Notes: generated by a model from the sequence alone, not told the origin. A DNA stretch of 64,000 bases from Candidatus Kapaibacterium sp. (GCA_018882895.1 VERF01000004.1:554-64553), one strand, 5' to 3'. Positions 1 through 10,291 are shown, counted from the first letter of the stretch. Translations and numbers: made by a program.

Positions 1-1
1 T

Positions 2-628
2 TCCTGCGGTCGGTATGGGAATGGCTCCAAATCCGCTGATGCATTTGGTGTTGAGGCCTACCTTCGAACACCAATCTCTCCTGCCGTCAACCTGATTGCG
101 ATGGTCGGGGGAGCGAATGCGGCAAACCGCTCCACCTGGTCTGTTCTGAGTGACAATATTTCACACACACTGGACAGTAACGGGACATACCAAACACGCG
201 TCGGCAGTCATTCGCTCTCGTATTCCTCACAATCAACAGCTGGCATGATCGGCATCGGAATTGAGCTTCGCTCGTTGAGTATCATTCCATTCATTCGTGT
301 CACTTCTATTCGCCAAGCATCAACCGTTCGTAGGATGAGCAATGAGCAGCCGTCAGATGCCATCTTACCGGTTCATCCGGGATTTACCTATGAAGACAAC
401 GGTCGTACCGTCGTTTTGCAACGTCTCGGAGTTCAGGACCATACATCGACGGTCGTCTCTGCAGGATTGATGTTCGGCTACACGGTTACCTACTCAGTCT
501 TTGGTGTAACCCTTGACAACAGCCTGCAGGCTTACGGTGTGTCTGGGCTATCATCGATACACCAGCGATACACCACCAATCTCTCCTATGAGATCGGAGC
601 CCGATTGTTCATGGGCGTTCGGCTCTGA
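2..628 (+). CDS. 3' part of a gene entering from the left edge; beta-rich probable outer-membrane/secreted protein of unknown function
   Basis: Frame 2 is open from nt 2 to the stop at 626-628 (I translated 2-100 by hand and found no stop). The ORF track lists only the Met-started part 101..628. The sequence is G/S/T/Y-rich with an alternating beta-strand-like pattern. No family motif recognised. Confidence 0.4.
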   Translation, partial: SCGRYGNGSKSADAFGVEAYLRTPISPAVNLIAMVGGANAANRSTWSVLSDNISHTLDSNGTYQTRVGSHSLSYSSQSTAGMIGIGIELRSLSIIPFIRVTSIRQASTVRRMSNEQPSDAILPVHPGFTYEDNGRTVVLQRLGVQDHTSTVVSAGLMFGYTVTYSVFGVTLDNSLQAYGVSGLSSIHQRYTTNLSYEIGARLFMGVRL

Positions 629-681
629 GCATTTGCGCCGGGAGCTGCGACAGTGTTGGTCACACTACCAACTCAAGCCCC

Positions 682-2037
682 CTACCCGATCACCATGCGC
701 AATGCTTCGGAAAGGCGCTCAACATGGAAGACTGGGCCTGAAGAAACGCCCCGTGCCGGAGCATAGATGCGCTCGAGGCCAAGGCGAGTAGATTCGGAGA
801 CGCGCTGATCCAGATGCGATACGCGGCGCACCTCTCCAGTAAGGCCAAGCTCACCCACGAACACCACGCCTGAGGGAAGGGGCTGATCCGTTACGCTGCT
901 GGCAATGGCCATGGCGATGCCAAGATCAACGGCGGGATCCTGCACGGCGATGCCGCCGGCCACATTCACAAATACGTCCGCCTGACGTACCTGGACGCCC
1001 CCTCGCTTTTCTAGCACGGCCAGGATCATCTGGAGTCGACGATTGTCGTAGCCCGTGCACACGCGCTGCGGCACACTGTAACCGCTCGGCGACACCAATG
1101 CCTGTACTTCGATCAGCAGCGGACGCGTGCCCTCCATCACGGCTACGATGGCCGTTCCAGACTCATTGACGCTTCGCTGCGAGAGCAAAACTTCGCTCGG
1201 ATTCGAAACCTCACGAAGTCCCAATGACGTCATATCGAACACACCGATCTCATTGGTCGAACCATAGCGGTTCTTGAGCGCTCGCAGCACACGGTAGGAA
1301 TACGTTCCGTCTCCCTCGAACTGCAGAACCGCATCAACAATGTGCTCAAGCACCTTGGGTCCGGCGATCATGCCATCCTTGGTCACATGACCGATGATAA
1401 ACATCGGTACGCCCCGTTCCTTGGCCACGCGCGTCAGCAGCGATGTGCATTCTCGAACCTGTGCAACGCTGCCGGCAGACGACTCAAGATTCTCCGTTGT
1501 TACCGTCTGAACAGAGTCGACGATTACCACTGAAGGATTCTCATTGGCAATCAGATGAACGATTCGCTCAACGTTTGTCTCGGAGGCCACCACAATGCCT
1601 GCAGCGTCAACACCCAGACGTTCTGCTCTCTGCTTGATCTGATGCAGGCTCTCTTCACCCGTCACGTAGAGACAGGGTCGCTCCTCCGACACGCGTCCCA
1701 CGTGCGATGCCAGCTGAAGCATGAGTGTGCTTTTGCCCATGCCGGGGTCGCCCCCTACCAGAACCATACTACCCGGGACGATACCTCCACCAAGAACGCG
1801 GTCCAGTTCCTGCATACCCGTGGGTATGCGCCGAACACGCTCAACGTCGACCGAGCCGAGACGCGTAGCGGAACCGCCGGCGATCGTGCTGAGGCGCTTC
1901 TTACTGGAAGAAGAACTCGATGCTGCATCGACCTCTTCGATCATGCTTTCCCATGCGCCACATCCCGGACATCGTCCAACCCATTTTGGCGTGGAGTGCC
2001 CACAACTGGAACAGCGATAGAGGGTGCGTATTTTCAT
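682..2037 (-). CDS. radA: DNA repair protein RadA/Sms
   Basis: N-terminal zinc ribbon YRCSSCGHSTPKWVGRCPGCGAWES, Walker A GGDPGMGKST, KNRYGSTNE motif and a Lon-like C-terminal domain. ATG at 2037 (MKIRT..) preferred over the upstream ATG at 2070; 'cat' verified at 2035-2037. Confidence 0.93.
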   Translation of the reverse strand: MKIRTLYRCSSCGHSTPKWVGRCPGCGAWESMIEEVDAASSSSSSKKRLSTIAGGSATRLGSVDVERVRRIPTGMQELDRVLGGGIVPGSMVLVGGDPGMGKSTLMLQLASHVGRVSEERPCLYVTGEESLHQIKQRAERLGVDAAGIVVASETNVERIVHLIANENPSVVIVDSVQTVTTENLESSAGSVAQVRECTSLLTRVAKERGVPMFIIGHVTKDGMIAGPKVLEHIVDAVLQFEGDGTYSYRVLRALKNRYGSTNEIGVFDMTSLGLREVSNPSEVLLSQRSVNESGTAIVAVMEGTRPLLIEVQALVSPSGYSVPQRVCTGYDNRRLQMILAVLEKRGGVQVRQADVFVNVAGGIAVQDPAVDLGIAMAIASSVTDQPLPSGVVFVGELGLTGEVRRVSHLDQRVSESTRLGLERIYAPARGVSSGPVFHVERLSEALRMVIG

Positions 2038-2067
2038 ACCGTGATTGCGATCGGAAAGTGGTGAATT

Positions 2068-2075
2068 CAAAGCTA
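2068..2075 (-). promoter_or_regulatory. Candidate Bacteroidota-type -7 box (TAGCTTTG = TAnnTTTG) upstream of radA
   Basis: Plus-strand CAAAGCTA at 2068-2075 lies 31 nt upstream of the 2037 ATG. No convincing -33 TTG at the expected spacing. Confidence 0.3.
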
Positions 2076-2096
2076 GGAAATGTTCAACGGGCGGTG

Positions 2097-3029
2097 ATGC
2101 TTGACCAACAGACAGCGGCAGCGTACGACGTGTGCCAGCGGGTAACGAGGACCCATGCGAAGACGTTCTATGCGGCTTCGCACTTCATCCCTGCCGATAA
2201 ACGCAATGCCTGTTATGCCGTATATGCCTTTTGTCGGTACGTCGACGATATTGTTGATGTGGCGATGGAACGGGGCGACGTGACACGTGCTGATGCCGTT
2301 CGACTCGTTGAACAGTGGCGTAGCGAGGTCAGCACCGTGTATTCAGGCAATCGAGTGATCACCGATGGCCCGGTAGATCCCGCTCAGCAGGATCGAGCCG
2401 CCGTGCTTCTTGCGTGGGAAGACACGCTTCAGAAGTACTCGATCCCACCGAATCTGCCCGAGGAGCTCATCGAAGGCGTTCTGATGGATACCACCATCAC
2501 TCGCTTCGCCACATACGACGAGCTTGCGGTGTATTGCTACAAGGTGGCCTCCGTGGTGGGCCTGATGACGTCCGAGATCTTCGGCTATTCCTCGCCCGAT
2601 GCCCTTTCCTACGCCGTTGATCTTGGCATCGCGATGCAACTGACCAACATCATTCGAGATGTGAAAGAGGATGCCGTCAGGGGGCGAATCTATCTGGCCA
2701 AAGAGGACATGGACTTGTTCGAGGTTTCAGAGGCTGACATTCTTGAGAGTCACTTTACTCCCAACGTACGTGGCCTGATTGCTGAGTACATCCGCAGAGC
2801 CGACGTGCTCTATAGTCGAGCGGACGTCGGCATTGCCATGCTCGAACCGAGCAGCATGGTCACCGTCCTGCTGATGAGTCGCAACTACCAGAAGATCCTG
2901 CGCGCAGTTGAGAAAATGGACTACAACGTCTTCCTTGGTCGCGCAAGCATCGGCCCCCTGGCCAAGCTCATGGCCGTTCCGTCGGCCTACTTTGAAGCAC
3001 GCCGTCTACGACGGGCTCAGCTGAAGTAA
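2097..3029 (+). CDS. crtB: Phytoene/squalene synthase family protein (CrtB-like)
   Basis: Motifs YAVYAFCRYVDDIVD and MQLTNIIRDVKEDAVRGRIYLAKED (the two Asp-rich regions of the trans-isoprenyl diphosphate synthase head-to-head family). ATG at 2097 avoids overlap with radA. Whether the product is phytoene or squalene cannot be decided here. Confidence 0.8.
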   Translation: MLDQQTAAAYDVCQRVTRTHAKTFYAASHFIPADKRNACYAVYAFCRYVDDIVDVAMERGDVTRADAVRLVEQWRSEVSTVYSGNRVITDGPVDPAQQDRAAVLLAWEDTLQKYSIPPNLPEELIEGVLMDTTITRFATYDELAVYCYKVASVVGLMTSEIFGYSSPDALSYAVDLGIAMQLTNIIRDVKEDAVRGRIYLAKEDMDLFEVSEADILESHFTPNVRGLIAEYIRRADVLYSRADVGIAMLEPSSMVTVLLMSRNYQKILRAVEKMDYNVFLGRASIGPLAKLMAVPSAYFEARRLRRAQLK

Positions 3030-3859
3030 TAGGCCGCGTCAGTAATGGTAAAGTGTCCGTAATCGAAATCACCCGATTCGAGATTCCAGACGAACTCCAC
3101 TTCGGTAGGGATCTTCACGCCGTCGATCACCTTGTAGTTGCGACAATGCATGGTAAAACGCGCCTGCTCGAAACCGCTCTTGTGATCGCGATACTTGTCC
3201 GCCGTTACGATGCGCTCGATCTCATCGGCCTCGTTGAAGTGGAATGTCGCATGCACCCTCGTGGCACCGTCGCTGATCACGGCTCGCGCCGTACGGTCGT
3301 CGATCGATTCCCACCGAAGCGTCTTGGTTGGCAGAAATGCCGTAGGGATCCATACCAACTCGCTTAGGAAGCGAAACAGCATCGAAGTATCCGTTTCCTT
3401 CCCGCCATATTCCTGCAGCGTCATCGCACCGTAGAGTTTGATGTGTCCGTGACCCTCGCCCTGCACATAGCTGAGCTTGGCGGTGCGCCACCATATTGCG
3501 TTATGCCTCAGTACGGCATCCCAGACAAATCCCGGCTCCATGCCTGAAATGGTCTCCGTGGCCTTGACTGTGAACCATGGACTACCCGGACGGTGACGGA
3601 AGCGAGCACGCTGGGTCAGAATGGCATAGCGGAGGTTTTCCTGACCCTCGCGCACGACATTGGTGAGGTATCGCTGCACCGGTGCCGGCAAGCCTGCGAC
3701 GAGTTCCCGGGAGAACGGGGCGAGCCGCTGATTGGAAATGGTTCGAACCAGACGTCGAATAGAGCGGCGCACAAAGACACGCGAGATCAGAGCACTACCC
3801 GAGACTAGTACGAGAAATGTACCGAGTCCGGCGAGCAATATGAGGGCGAGCTTTGGCAT
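3017..3859 (-). CDS. Membrane-anchored hypothetical protein (possibly DUF6544-like)
   Basis: 280-aa ORF with an N-terminal TM helix (LALILLAGLGTFLVLV). The LPAPVQRYL motif recalls the DUF6544 family, but that is from memory only. It is the last gene of the minus-strand string following atpG. Confidence 0.55.
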   Translation of the reverse strand: MPKLALILLAGLGTFLVLVSGSALISRVFVRRSIRRLVRTISNQRLAPFSRELVAGLPAPVQRYLTNVVREGQENLRYAILTQRARFRHRPGSPWFTVKATETISGMEPGFVWDAVLRHNAIWWRTAKLSYVQGEGHGHIKLYGAMTLQEYGGKETDTSMLFRFLSELVWIPTAFLPTKTLRWESIDDRTARAVISDGATRVHATFHFNEADEIERIVTADKYRDHKSGFEQARFTMHCRNYKVIDGVKIPTEVEFVWNLESGDFDYGHFTITDAAYYFS

Positions 3860-3866
3860 ACCGAAT

Positions 3867-5243
3867 TCAGGACCTACGTCCTGCCTCCCATGAGTACAGT
3901 GCAGACGATGCCGAACTTACCAAGCCGGAGCCGGCAATCGCAACAATCATGAGAGGAATGATCTTGAACATGCCCCGGCGAAGCGTCTGCTCAACGACGG
4001 CAGCGCTGAAAATCGTACCGACCAGGAACAGTCCAAGAACGGTGATGATGATCATTCCTATCAGCACGGGATTTGCCATGCGGCGGTTCACGATCGCATC
4101 CACGATGATAACGCCAAGGAAAAGCCACACCACCCAGCCCCATAGCTCAGCGCTGGATATCACGGAGGTCCAGCTCGAAATGGCAACCTCACCAAACCGG
4201 CCAATATCAAATCCACGCAACTGTTCCGCCGTCGAAGGGCGCACAGGAAGATACCAGTTGAAGAACACGATGTTCCACAGCGCGAAGGCCACACTTGATG
4301 CGGCGACGATCCCTAGGGATCCGGCCAGCCCCTTGACAGCACCGAAATCCTTGAGGATCCGCGGCAAGCACATGCCCACGACGAGCACAACCAGCAGCGG
4401 CGTCTCCGTGCGAGACCAGCATGCACCGGCAAAGGTCACGGCCGCCAGGGTCATTCCGGGCAGACTCACTTCGTCGATGGCGCGCAACAGAACAAGGCAA
4501 CCGATTGAAAAGAAGGCAGCGTTGGCAAAGTCCGTCTGAAGGATATACGAGTATCCGAGCATCTCCGGCGTAAGCACGAACAGCACAAGCAAGACTCCGG
4601 CAAACAACGGATGCGCCAGGCGCCGCATCATCGACCAGATGCACCACCAGAAGCAGATCGCCACGATGCTCACCCAGATCTGCGTGTACGGGTAACCGAT
4701 CAGCTTCATCATCACCTGCATGAGCATGGCGAAGGGGGCGTAGAACGGCTGATTCGACAGCATTCCCTGGAGCGAGGGATCGCTGAACACTTGGTTGGCG
4801 ATCATGCCTTCCTGTGCCGCATACCGCGCAACGAGATCGATCCCGGCCATTGCATCGAACGGGGTCACGGGCCAGTACCAGCTTGCCCAGACGACCATGT
4901 AAGCAACGTAGCCGACGAATCCGGCGATGACGACATCATAGAGCGTAGGCCTGATCCGTGGCAGGTCGAAGAGTCCTGCGAGGCTTTCTCGCATTGCACG
5001 AATCCTGACAAGCGGAAGCAGCATTGTCACACCACCGGAGACCATCATCGTTTGCTCGGATAATGGAATACCGAACAGTTGGGCAACGAACATGGCCATG
5101 CTGTGAAGGAACATGCCCAGAAGCAAACCGAGCGGCAAGAGCGTCGATCGCTCGAGTCGGTAGCCGATTGCGCCCACCGTTGTGATGCCTATGCTCCATT
5201 GCATCAGAAGCACCAGGGCAAGCATCAGAACATCGCCTCTCAT
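3867..5243 (-). CDS. Polytopic integral membrane protein, possibly a GT-C-fold (ArnT/PMT-like) glycosyltransferase
   Basis: 458 aa with at least 10 hydrophobic segments and aromatic-rich loops. Its start overlaps the upstream stop (ATGA at 5240-5243). No catalytic motif confirmed. Confidence 0.6.
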   Translation of the reverse strand: MRGDVLMLALVLLMQWSIGITTVGAIGYRLERSTLLPLGLLLGMFLHSMAMFVAQLFGIPLSEQTMMVSGGVTMLLPLVRIRAMRESLAGLFDLPRIRPTLYDVVIAGFVGYVAYMVVWASWYWPVTPFDAMAGIDLVARYAAQEGMIANQVFSDPSLQGMLSNQPFYAPFAMLMQVMMKLIGYPYTQIWVSIVAICFWWCIWSMMRRLAHPLFAGVLLVLFVLTPEMLGYSYILQTDFANAAFFSIGCLVLLRAIDEVSLPGMTLAAVTFAGACWSRTETPLLVVLVVGMCLPRILKDFGAVKGLAGSLGIVAASSVAFALWNIVFFNWYLPVRPSTAEQLRGFDIGRFGEVAISSWTSVISSAELWGWVVWLFLGVIIVDAIVNRRMANPVLIGMIIITVLGLFLVGTIFSAAVVEQTLRRGMFKIIPLMIVAIAGSGLVSSASSALYSWEAGRRS

Positions 5244-5755
5244 TGGCCCCCTCCCAGCTTGTCATATACCGCAAGCAATGAGTCGATATTCGTGCTTCCT
5301 CCGGGACGTGTGATCCAGATCGTATTTGCTTCGAGGACCACGTACGCATTGGCCTGCTTTCGTCGGGCTGTATCACGCCAAGCAACGATCGGTTGGAAGC
5401 CAACCATCCATGTGAAGATCCGAGGATCGGTCCAGTAGGCCTTGTTGGCCATGAACTGGTTCCCGTACTCCATCGGAGGCAGCAGCAGAACATCGTTTGG
5501 ACGAAGCTTGCTGACGACGTACTCCGGGATCTCAAGGTTGGCCACATGTCGCATATAGATGCGATCACGCCACCCTCGGATTCGATTCAAAGAATCAAGC
5601 TTTTCGCGGTAGAGTTCGATGCGGGCATTGAACGACGAAGAGTACGGGTTCGCATCGCCCAAGTAGGATCCGACCAGTAGGGTCAGCAGTGCCATCACGG
5701 CGATGGTGAGAGAAACTCCCCTAACGCTGAAAACCGGTCGCTGCACCTCTGTCAC
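5240..5755 (-). CDS. Hypothetical protein with N-terminal membrane anchor
   Basis: 171 aa with one TM helix (SLTIAVMALLTLLVGSYL). It starts 14 nt after the atpG stop and overlaps the next gene by 4 nt. Confidence 0.6.
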   Translation of the reverse strand: MTEVQRPVFSVRGVSLTIAVMALLTLLVGSYLGDANPYSSSFNARIELYREKLDSLNRIRGWRDRIYMRHVANLEIPEYVVSKLRPNDVLLLPPMEYGNQFMANKAYWTDPRIFTWMVGFQPIVAWRDTARRKQANAYVVLEANTIWITRPGGSTNIDSLLAVYDKLGGGQ

Positions 5756-5769
5756 GGGGCTTCTCCCGA

Positions 5770-6651
5770 TCAGGCGCTGGCGAGTGCTTCGGCGCCACCG
5801 ACGATTTCGAGCATTTCCTTGGTGATGGCAGCCTGACGCTCGCGGTTATAGAGCAGCTGAAGCGTGCGCATCAGATCGCGCGCATTCGTGGTGGCATTCT
5901 CCATGGCCATACGACGCGCGGCATTCTCTGCCGCATTGGAATCGAGCAGGGCCGTCCAAACCTGGAGTTTGACATACATCGGCAGAAGCGTGTCGAGGAT
6001 CTCACCGCGCGATGGCTCGTAGATATAGTCGGTACTGGATGACTTCGCAGAATCGCTGCTTGAGGCCGGGATCGGAAGCAGTTGGGTAGTGCGAACAACT
6101 TGACGCATGACGTTCACAAACTGGTTGCCGAGGATCTCCACGTGGTCGATCTGCATACCGAGAAATCCGTCAGAGATAAGATCGGCGATCTCAACGGCCG
6201 TCGAATAATCGAGCTTGAAGAACACGTCGGAGAACTCACGAAGGATCGAGTCCTTGCCCTTGCGCACAGCACCAACAGCCCGCTTGCCCACAGGGATGAT
6301 GTGGATGGTTGCCTTTGGATGCTGAGAGCGAAGCTCCGCAATGCGGTTAGTCAGACTGCGCAGGACGTTCGCGTTGAAGGCACCGCACAGACCGCGGTCG
6401 GCCGTGATGGCGATGATGGCGATGTTGTTGACGTCCTTGCGTGCCTCAAAGAACGGATGCATAAAGTCGGAATCTGCCGACGACAGGTTGCTGAGGATCT
6501 TTTGGACCTGATTGGCAAAGGGGCGGGCAGCCGTTATGGCGTCCTGCGCACGACGCAGTTTGGCCGTGGCCACCATGCTCATTGCCTGCGTGATCTTCGA
6601 TGTGTTGCGGACCGATACAATCCGGTCCCGTGTCTCGCGAAGTGTTGCCAT
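5770..6651 (-). CDS. atpG: F1 ATP synthase gamma subunit
   Basis: N-terminus ATLRETRDRIVSVRNTSKITQAMSMVATAKLRRAQ and C-terminus LQLLYNRERQAAITKEMLEIV are typical of gamma subunits. Confidence 0.95.
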   Translation of the reverse strand: MATLRETRDRIVSVRNTSKITQAMSMVATAKLRRAQDAITAARPFANQVQKILSNLSSADSDFMHPFFEARKDVNNIAIIAITADRGLCGAFNANVLRSLTNRIAELRSQHPKATIHIIPVGKRAVGAVRKGKDSILREFSDVFFKLDYSTAVEIADLISDGFLGMQIDHVEILGNQFVNVMRQVVRTTQLLPIPASSSDSAKSSSTDYIYEPSRGEILDTLLPMYVKLQVWTALLDSNAAENAARRMAMENATTNARDLMRTLQLLYNRERQAAITKEMLEIVGGAEALASA

Positions 6652-6682
6652 TGTCAGTTCTTCGAGGTGGTGTCTTCAGTGT

Positions 6683-7645
6683 TCAAAGGTTTGGCCACTC
6701 ACGAGTGAGATAGCCGTTCACATAGTCAGCAACAGAGTCTTCCAGCGAACCGAAGGCAACGCCCGGAAGGTTCGCATGAAACGTCGACATATCAGCTTGC
6801 GTATAGTTCTGATACTGCTTCGCGAGCTCCGGCGGCATATCGATGTACCGGATGTCGGCCGGCAGCCCCATGGCCGCAAACGTTGCTGCCATAAGATCGT
6901 TCCATGATCTGGCAACGCCGGTACCAAGGTTGAGGATGCCGTTCACGTCCGGGCGCTGTAGGAGCCGAAGCATCACGTTGCAGACATCCTTGACGTAGAT
7001 AAAGTCGCGCATCTGCCCGCCGTCACCGTACGCCCCATCCGTGCTCTTGAAAAGCTCTACATAGCCCCGTTGACGAATCTGCTCGACAGATTTCGAGACC
7101 AGACTCGCCATCGATCCCTTGTGGTATTCATTCGGACCGAAGACATTGAAGAACTTGAGGCCGACACATCTGACCTGCATGTCATTTCGGCGCACCCACT
7201 GATCGAACAGGTGCTTTGAGTACCCATACATGTTCAGTGGCCGCAAATCAGTGGTCACATCAGAATAGCCCCTTGACCCATCTCCATAGGTGGCGGCTGA
7301 ACTGGCGTAGATGAACCGTACCCCTTGAGCGGCGGCAAACTCTGCAACATCCACACTGTACTGATAGTTGTTGTCGTACAGGTAGTCTGCGCTGGTCTCT
7401 GTCGTGGAACTGCAAGCTCCCAGATGGATGATGGCATCAATGGATTCATCGAAATCACCCAGGGCCATCATGTCCCGGAAGTCGTCCTTGCTGACAATGT
7501 CAATGTACGTCTTGCCCACCAGGTTCTTCCATTTCTGACCGTTGCCTAGTGAATCAACGATCAGCACATCTTCTCGACCGGCAGCGTTGAGCGTCGACAG
7601 GAAACAGCTTCCGATGAAGCCGGCGCCACCCGTGAGAATGATCAT
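6683..7645 (-). CDS. hldD: ADP-L-glycero-D-manno-heptose 6-epimerase
   Basis: Co-linear similarity to E. coli HldD/RfaD recalled from memory: MIILTGGAGFIGS, GACSSTTE, DNNYQYS, YASSAATYG, YGYSK, FNVFGPNEYHKGSMAS, LNLGTG, YTQAD. Confidence 0.9.
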   Translation of the reverse strand: MIILTGGAGFIGSCFLSTLNAAGREDVLIVDSLGNGQKWKNLVGKTYIDIVSKDDFRDMMALGDFDESIDAIIHLGACSSTTETSADYLYDNNYQYSVDVAEFAAAQGVRFIYASSAATYGDGSRGYSDVTTDLRPLNMYGYSKHLFDQWVRRNDMQVRCVGLKFFNVFGPNEYHKGSMASLVSKSVEQIRQRGYVELFKSTDGAYGDGGQMRDFIYVKDVCNVMLRLLQRPDVNGILNLGTGVARSWNDLMAATFAAMGLPADIRYIDMPPELAKQYQNYTQADMSTFHANLPGVAFGSLEDSVADYVNGYLTREWPNL

Positions 7646-7657
7646 GGTGACGGTACC

Positions 7658-9208
7658 TTACACCGTGGCGGCGAACCGCTGCGTGAAGGTCGTGAGTGCC
7701 GACTTTAGCTTTTCGACGATCGAATCCGACAGCGCCTTTTCAACCCGCAGACCTTCGACGATGTCTGCATGGTTGGCGTGCACGAAGTCGATCAGTTCCG
7801 ACTCATATCGCTTGATGCTCTCTACCGGCAATTCGTCGGCAAAGCCCTGCGAGGCGGCATAAATGGCGATGATCTGATCTTCGACGGCAACCGGTGAATA
7901 CTGCGGCTGCTTCATCACTTCGAGAAGACGAGCACCACGGCGAAGCTGCTGCTGAGTGGTCTTGTCGAGGTCAGAACCGAAGCGAGCGAATGCTTCAAGA
8001 GCGCGGTACTGGGCAAGGTCGAGCTTGAGAGGACCGGCCACCTTCTTCATGGCCTTGATCTGAGCATTACCACCCACGCGCGACACCGAAATACCGACGT
8101 TCAGAGCCGGGCGTACACCGGCGTTGAAGAGATTCGGCTCGAGATAGATCTGACCGTCCGTGATCGAGATTACGTTCGTTGGGATGTAGGCCGAGACGTC
8201 ACCGGCCTGCGTTTCGATAACCGGGAGTGCCGTCAATGAACCGGCTCCGAGCGCATCGCTGAGCTTGGCAGCGCGCTCCAGAAGGCGGCTGTGGAGATAG
8301 AACACATCACCCGGATAGGCTTCACGTCCCGGTGGGCGGCGCAGCAGCAGCGAAACCTGACGATAGGCAGCGGCCTGCTTGGAAAGATCATCATAGACCA
8401 CCAGTGCGTGACGTCCGTTGTCGCGATAGTACTCGCCCATCGAGCAGCCCGAGTAAGGGGCGATGAACTGCAGTGGAGCTGGGTCGGAAGCTGAAGCTGC
8501 CACCACCGTCGTGTATCCCATGGCGCCATACTTCTCGAGCGTAGCAACCACGTTGGCAACCGTCGAGCCCTTCTGGCCGATGGCAACATAGACGCAGAAC
8601 ACGGGCTTGATGCCCTGCTCTTGCGCTTCTTTCGTATGCGTGTAGGCCTGACTGATGATGGCGTCGAGGGCGACGGTTGTCTTACCAGTCTGACGGTCAC
8701 CGATGATCAGCTCGCGCTGTCCGCGACCAATCGGGATCAACGAGTCGATGGCCTTGATACCGGTTTGAAGCGGCTCGTGCACACCTTGCCGATCGATCAC
8801 ACCCAATGCCTTGCGCTCAATAGGATAGATGGCAGATTCCTTGATGGGGCCTTTACCGTCGATCGGACGGCCAAGGGGATCCACAACGCGACCCAGCAGG
8901 GCATCACCGACCGGAACCGAGGCAATGCGACCGGTACGGCGAACCTGATCGCCTTCCTTCACCAGCGAGTCGTCTCCGAACAACACTGCGCCAACATTGT
9001 CCTCTTCAAGGTTCAGCACCATGCCGACAACGCCATTGGGGAACTCGACGAGTTCCGAGACCATCACGTTGGTCAGACCATAGATGCGTGCCACACCGTC
9101 GCCGATCTGCAGAACGGTGCCCACTTCATAGATATCCGTCTCCTTTTCGAATCCCGAAAGTTGTTTGCGCAGGATCGAGGAGATCTCATCTGGACGAACA
9201 TCAGCCAT
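7658..9208 (-). CDS. atpA: F1 ATP synthase alpha subunit
   Basis: Walker [50 protein letters not shown], and full-length alpha architecture. Confidence 0.97.
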   Translation of the reverse strand: MADVRPDEISSILRKQLSGFEKETDIYEVGTVLQIGDGVARIYGLTNVMVSELVEFPNGVVGMVLNLEEDNVGAVLFGDDSLVKEGDQVRRTGRIASVPVGDALLGRVVDPLGRPIDGKGPIKESAIYPIERKALGVIDRQGVHEPLQTGIKAIDSLIPIGRGQRELIIGDRQTGKTTVALDAIISQAYTHTKEAQEQGIKPVFCVYVAIGQKGSTVANVVATLEKYGAMGYTTVVAASASDPAPLQFIAPYSGCSMGEYYRDNGRHALVVYDDLSKQAAAYRQVSLLLRRPPGREAYPGDVFYLHSRLLERAAKLSDALGAGSLTALPVIETQAGDVSAYIPTNVISITDGQIYLEPNLFNAGVRPALNVGISVSRVGGNAQIKAMKKVAGPLKLDLAQYRALEAFARFGSDLDKTTQQQLRRGARLLEVMKQPQYSPVAVEDQIIAIYAASQGFADELPVESIKRYESELIDFVHANHADIVEGLRVEKALSDSIVEKLKSALTTFTQRFAATV

Positions 9209-9251
9209 TTGCGTAATTCCTTAGGGTTTGTGTCGTTGTGTTGGGTGTGAT

Positions 9252-9791
9252 TTACGCCTGCGCCAGCTGCTTGCCGAGCACGGCGAGTTGATGTCGAAGC
9301 GATCCATCGTGAACCTGATCACCGATGCGGATGACAGCACCGCCGATGATGGATGCATCAACCGAATATGATGCAATAATTGAGCGTCCGAGTGACTTCG
9401 ACAAAGACCCCTCAATACGCGATCGTTCCTCAGCAGATAGGTCCGCTGCCGACGTGACATCCACCCGCTGAACGTTGCGAATCGTGTCGATCTGTGCGTC
9501 CACCTCGTCGGCCACATCGCGCCATATACCGCCACGCCCCTTCTCGATCACCAAGTGCAGGAACGAGAGTGTCAGGGGGCTGATCTTGGACGAGAGCAAT
9601 TCATCGATGACGCTCTTCTTGAGGCTATGCGTAATGACCGGACTGCGCATCATGGCCTGCAGTTCCTTGGAGGAATCGATCGTTGAGCGCACCATTGCCA
9701 TGTCGGCCGAAACGGCATCGACAGAGCCGTCAGCTACGGCCGAGGCAATGAGTGATTTGGCGTAACGACGCGCGATCTTGAAACTTGACAT
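9252..9791 (-). CDS. atpH: F1 ATP synthase delta (OSCP) subunit
   Basis: 179 aa with N-terminal IARRYAKSLI and C-terminal GGAVIRIGDQVHDGSLRHQL, characteristic of OSCP/delta. Positioned between atpF and atpA. Confidence 0.9.
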   Translation of the reverse strand: MSSFKIARRYAKSLIASAVADGSVDAVSADMAMVRSTIDSSKELQAMMRSPVITHSLKKSVIDELLSSKISPLTLSFLHLVIEKGRGGIWRDVADEVDAQIDTIRNVQRVDVTSAADLSAEERSRIEGSLSKSLGRSIIASYSVDASIIGGAVIRIGDQVHDGSLRHQLAVLGKQLAQA

Positions 9792-9796
9792 GGTAA

Positions 9797-10291
9797 TCAG
9801 TTCTTCGAGAGTTCGTTGACGTAACTGTCGACAATGCGCTTATGATCTTCACCATCAAGCGATCGGCCGATAAGCTTCTCCGTTGCTCCGACCACCAGCG
9901 ATGCTACCTCGGTGCGGAGAACCTGAATGGCATCGTCCATTTGACGGTCGATCTCGCGCTTCGCCTCGGCCAGCTTCTGCTGCTTTACGTGCTCGGCCTC
10001 TTCCGTTGCGCGGCGAATGATGTTCTCAGCCTGCACGCGACCTTCCTTGACGATGTCCATCGTCTCACGCTGTGCCTTGGCCAGACGCTCCTGGTTCTCC
10101 CTGATGAGCTCCTGCGCCTCCTTGTTGGCACGCTCCGCACCGGCGATCGCTTCGCGAATGGACCCCTCACGTGAGGCAATCGCATCGCGCATCGGCTTCC
10201 AGCCGAACTTTCCGATGATTAGCGCGAAGATGGAGAAGTTGATCAGGGTCCAGATAACCAGACCGGGGTCGAAAGAAAGAAATGCTGGCAT
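9797..10291 (-). CDS. atpF: Fo ATP synthase subunit b
   Basis: One N-terminal TM helix followed by a long charged coiled-coil region (AEAKREIDRQ..). Position in the operon supports the call. Confidence 0.9.
   Translation of the reverse strand: MPAFLSFDPGLVIWTLINFSIFALIIGKFGWKPMRDAIASREGSIREAIAGAERANKEAQELIRENQERLAKAQRETMDIVKEGRVQAENIIRRATEEAEHVKQQKLAEAKREIDRQMDDAIQVLRTEVASLVVGATEKLIGRSLDGEDHKRIVDSYVNELSKN

Noticed and set aside
1920-2096. Long 5' extension of the phytoene synthase ORF overlapping radA
   Set aside because: The extension is antisense to the radA N-terminal zinc-ribbon coding region. The conserved synthase sequence begins just after the ATG at 2097.
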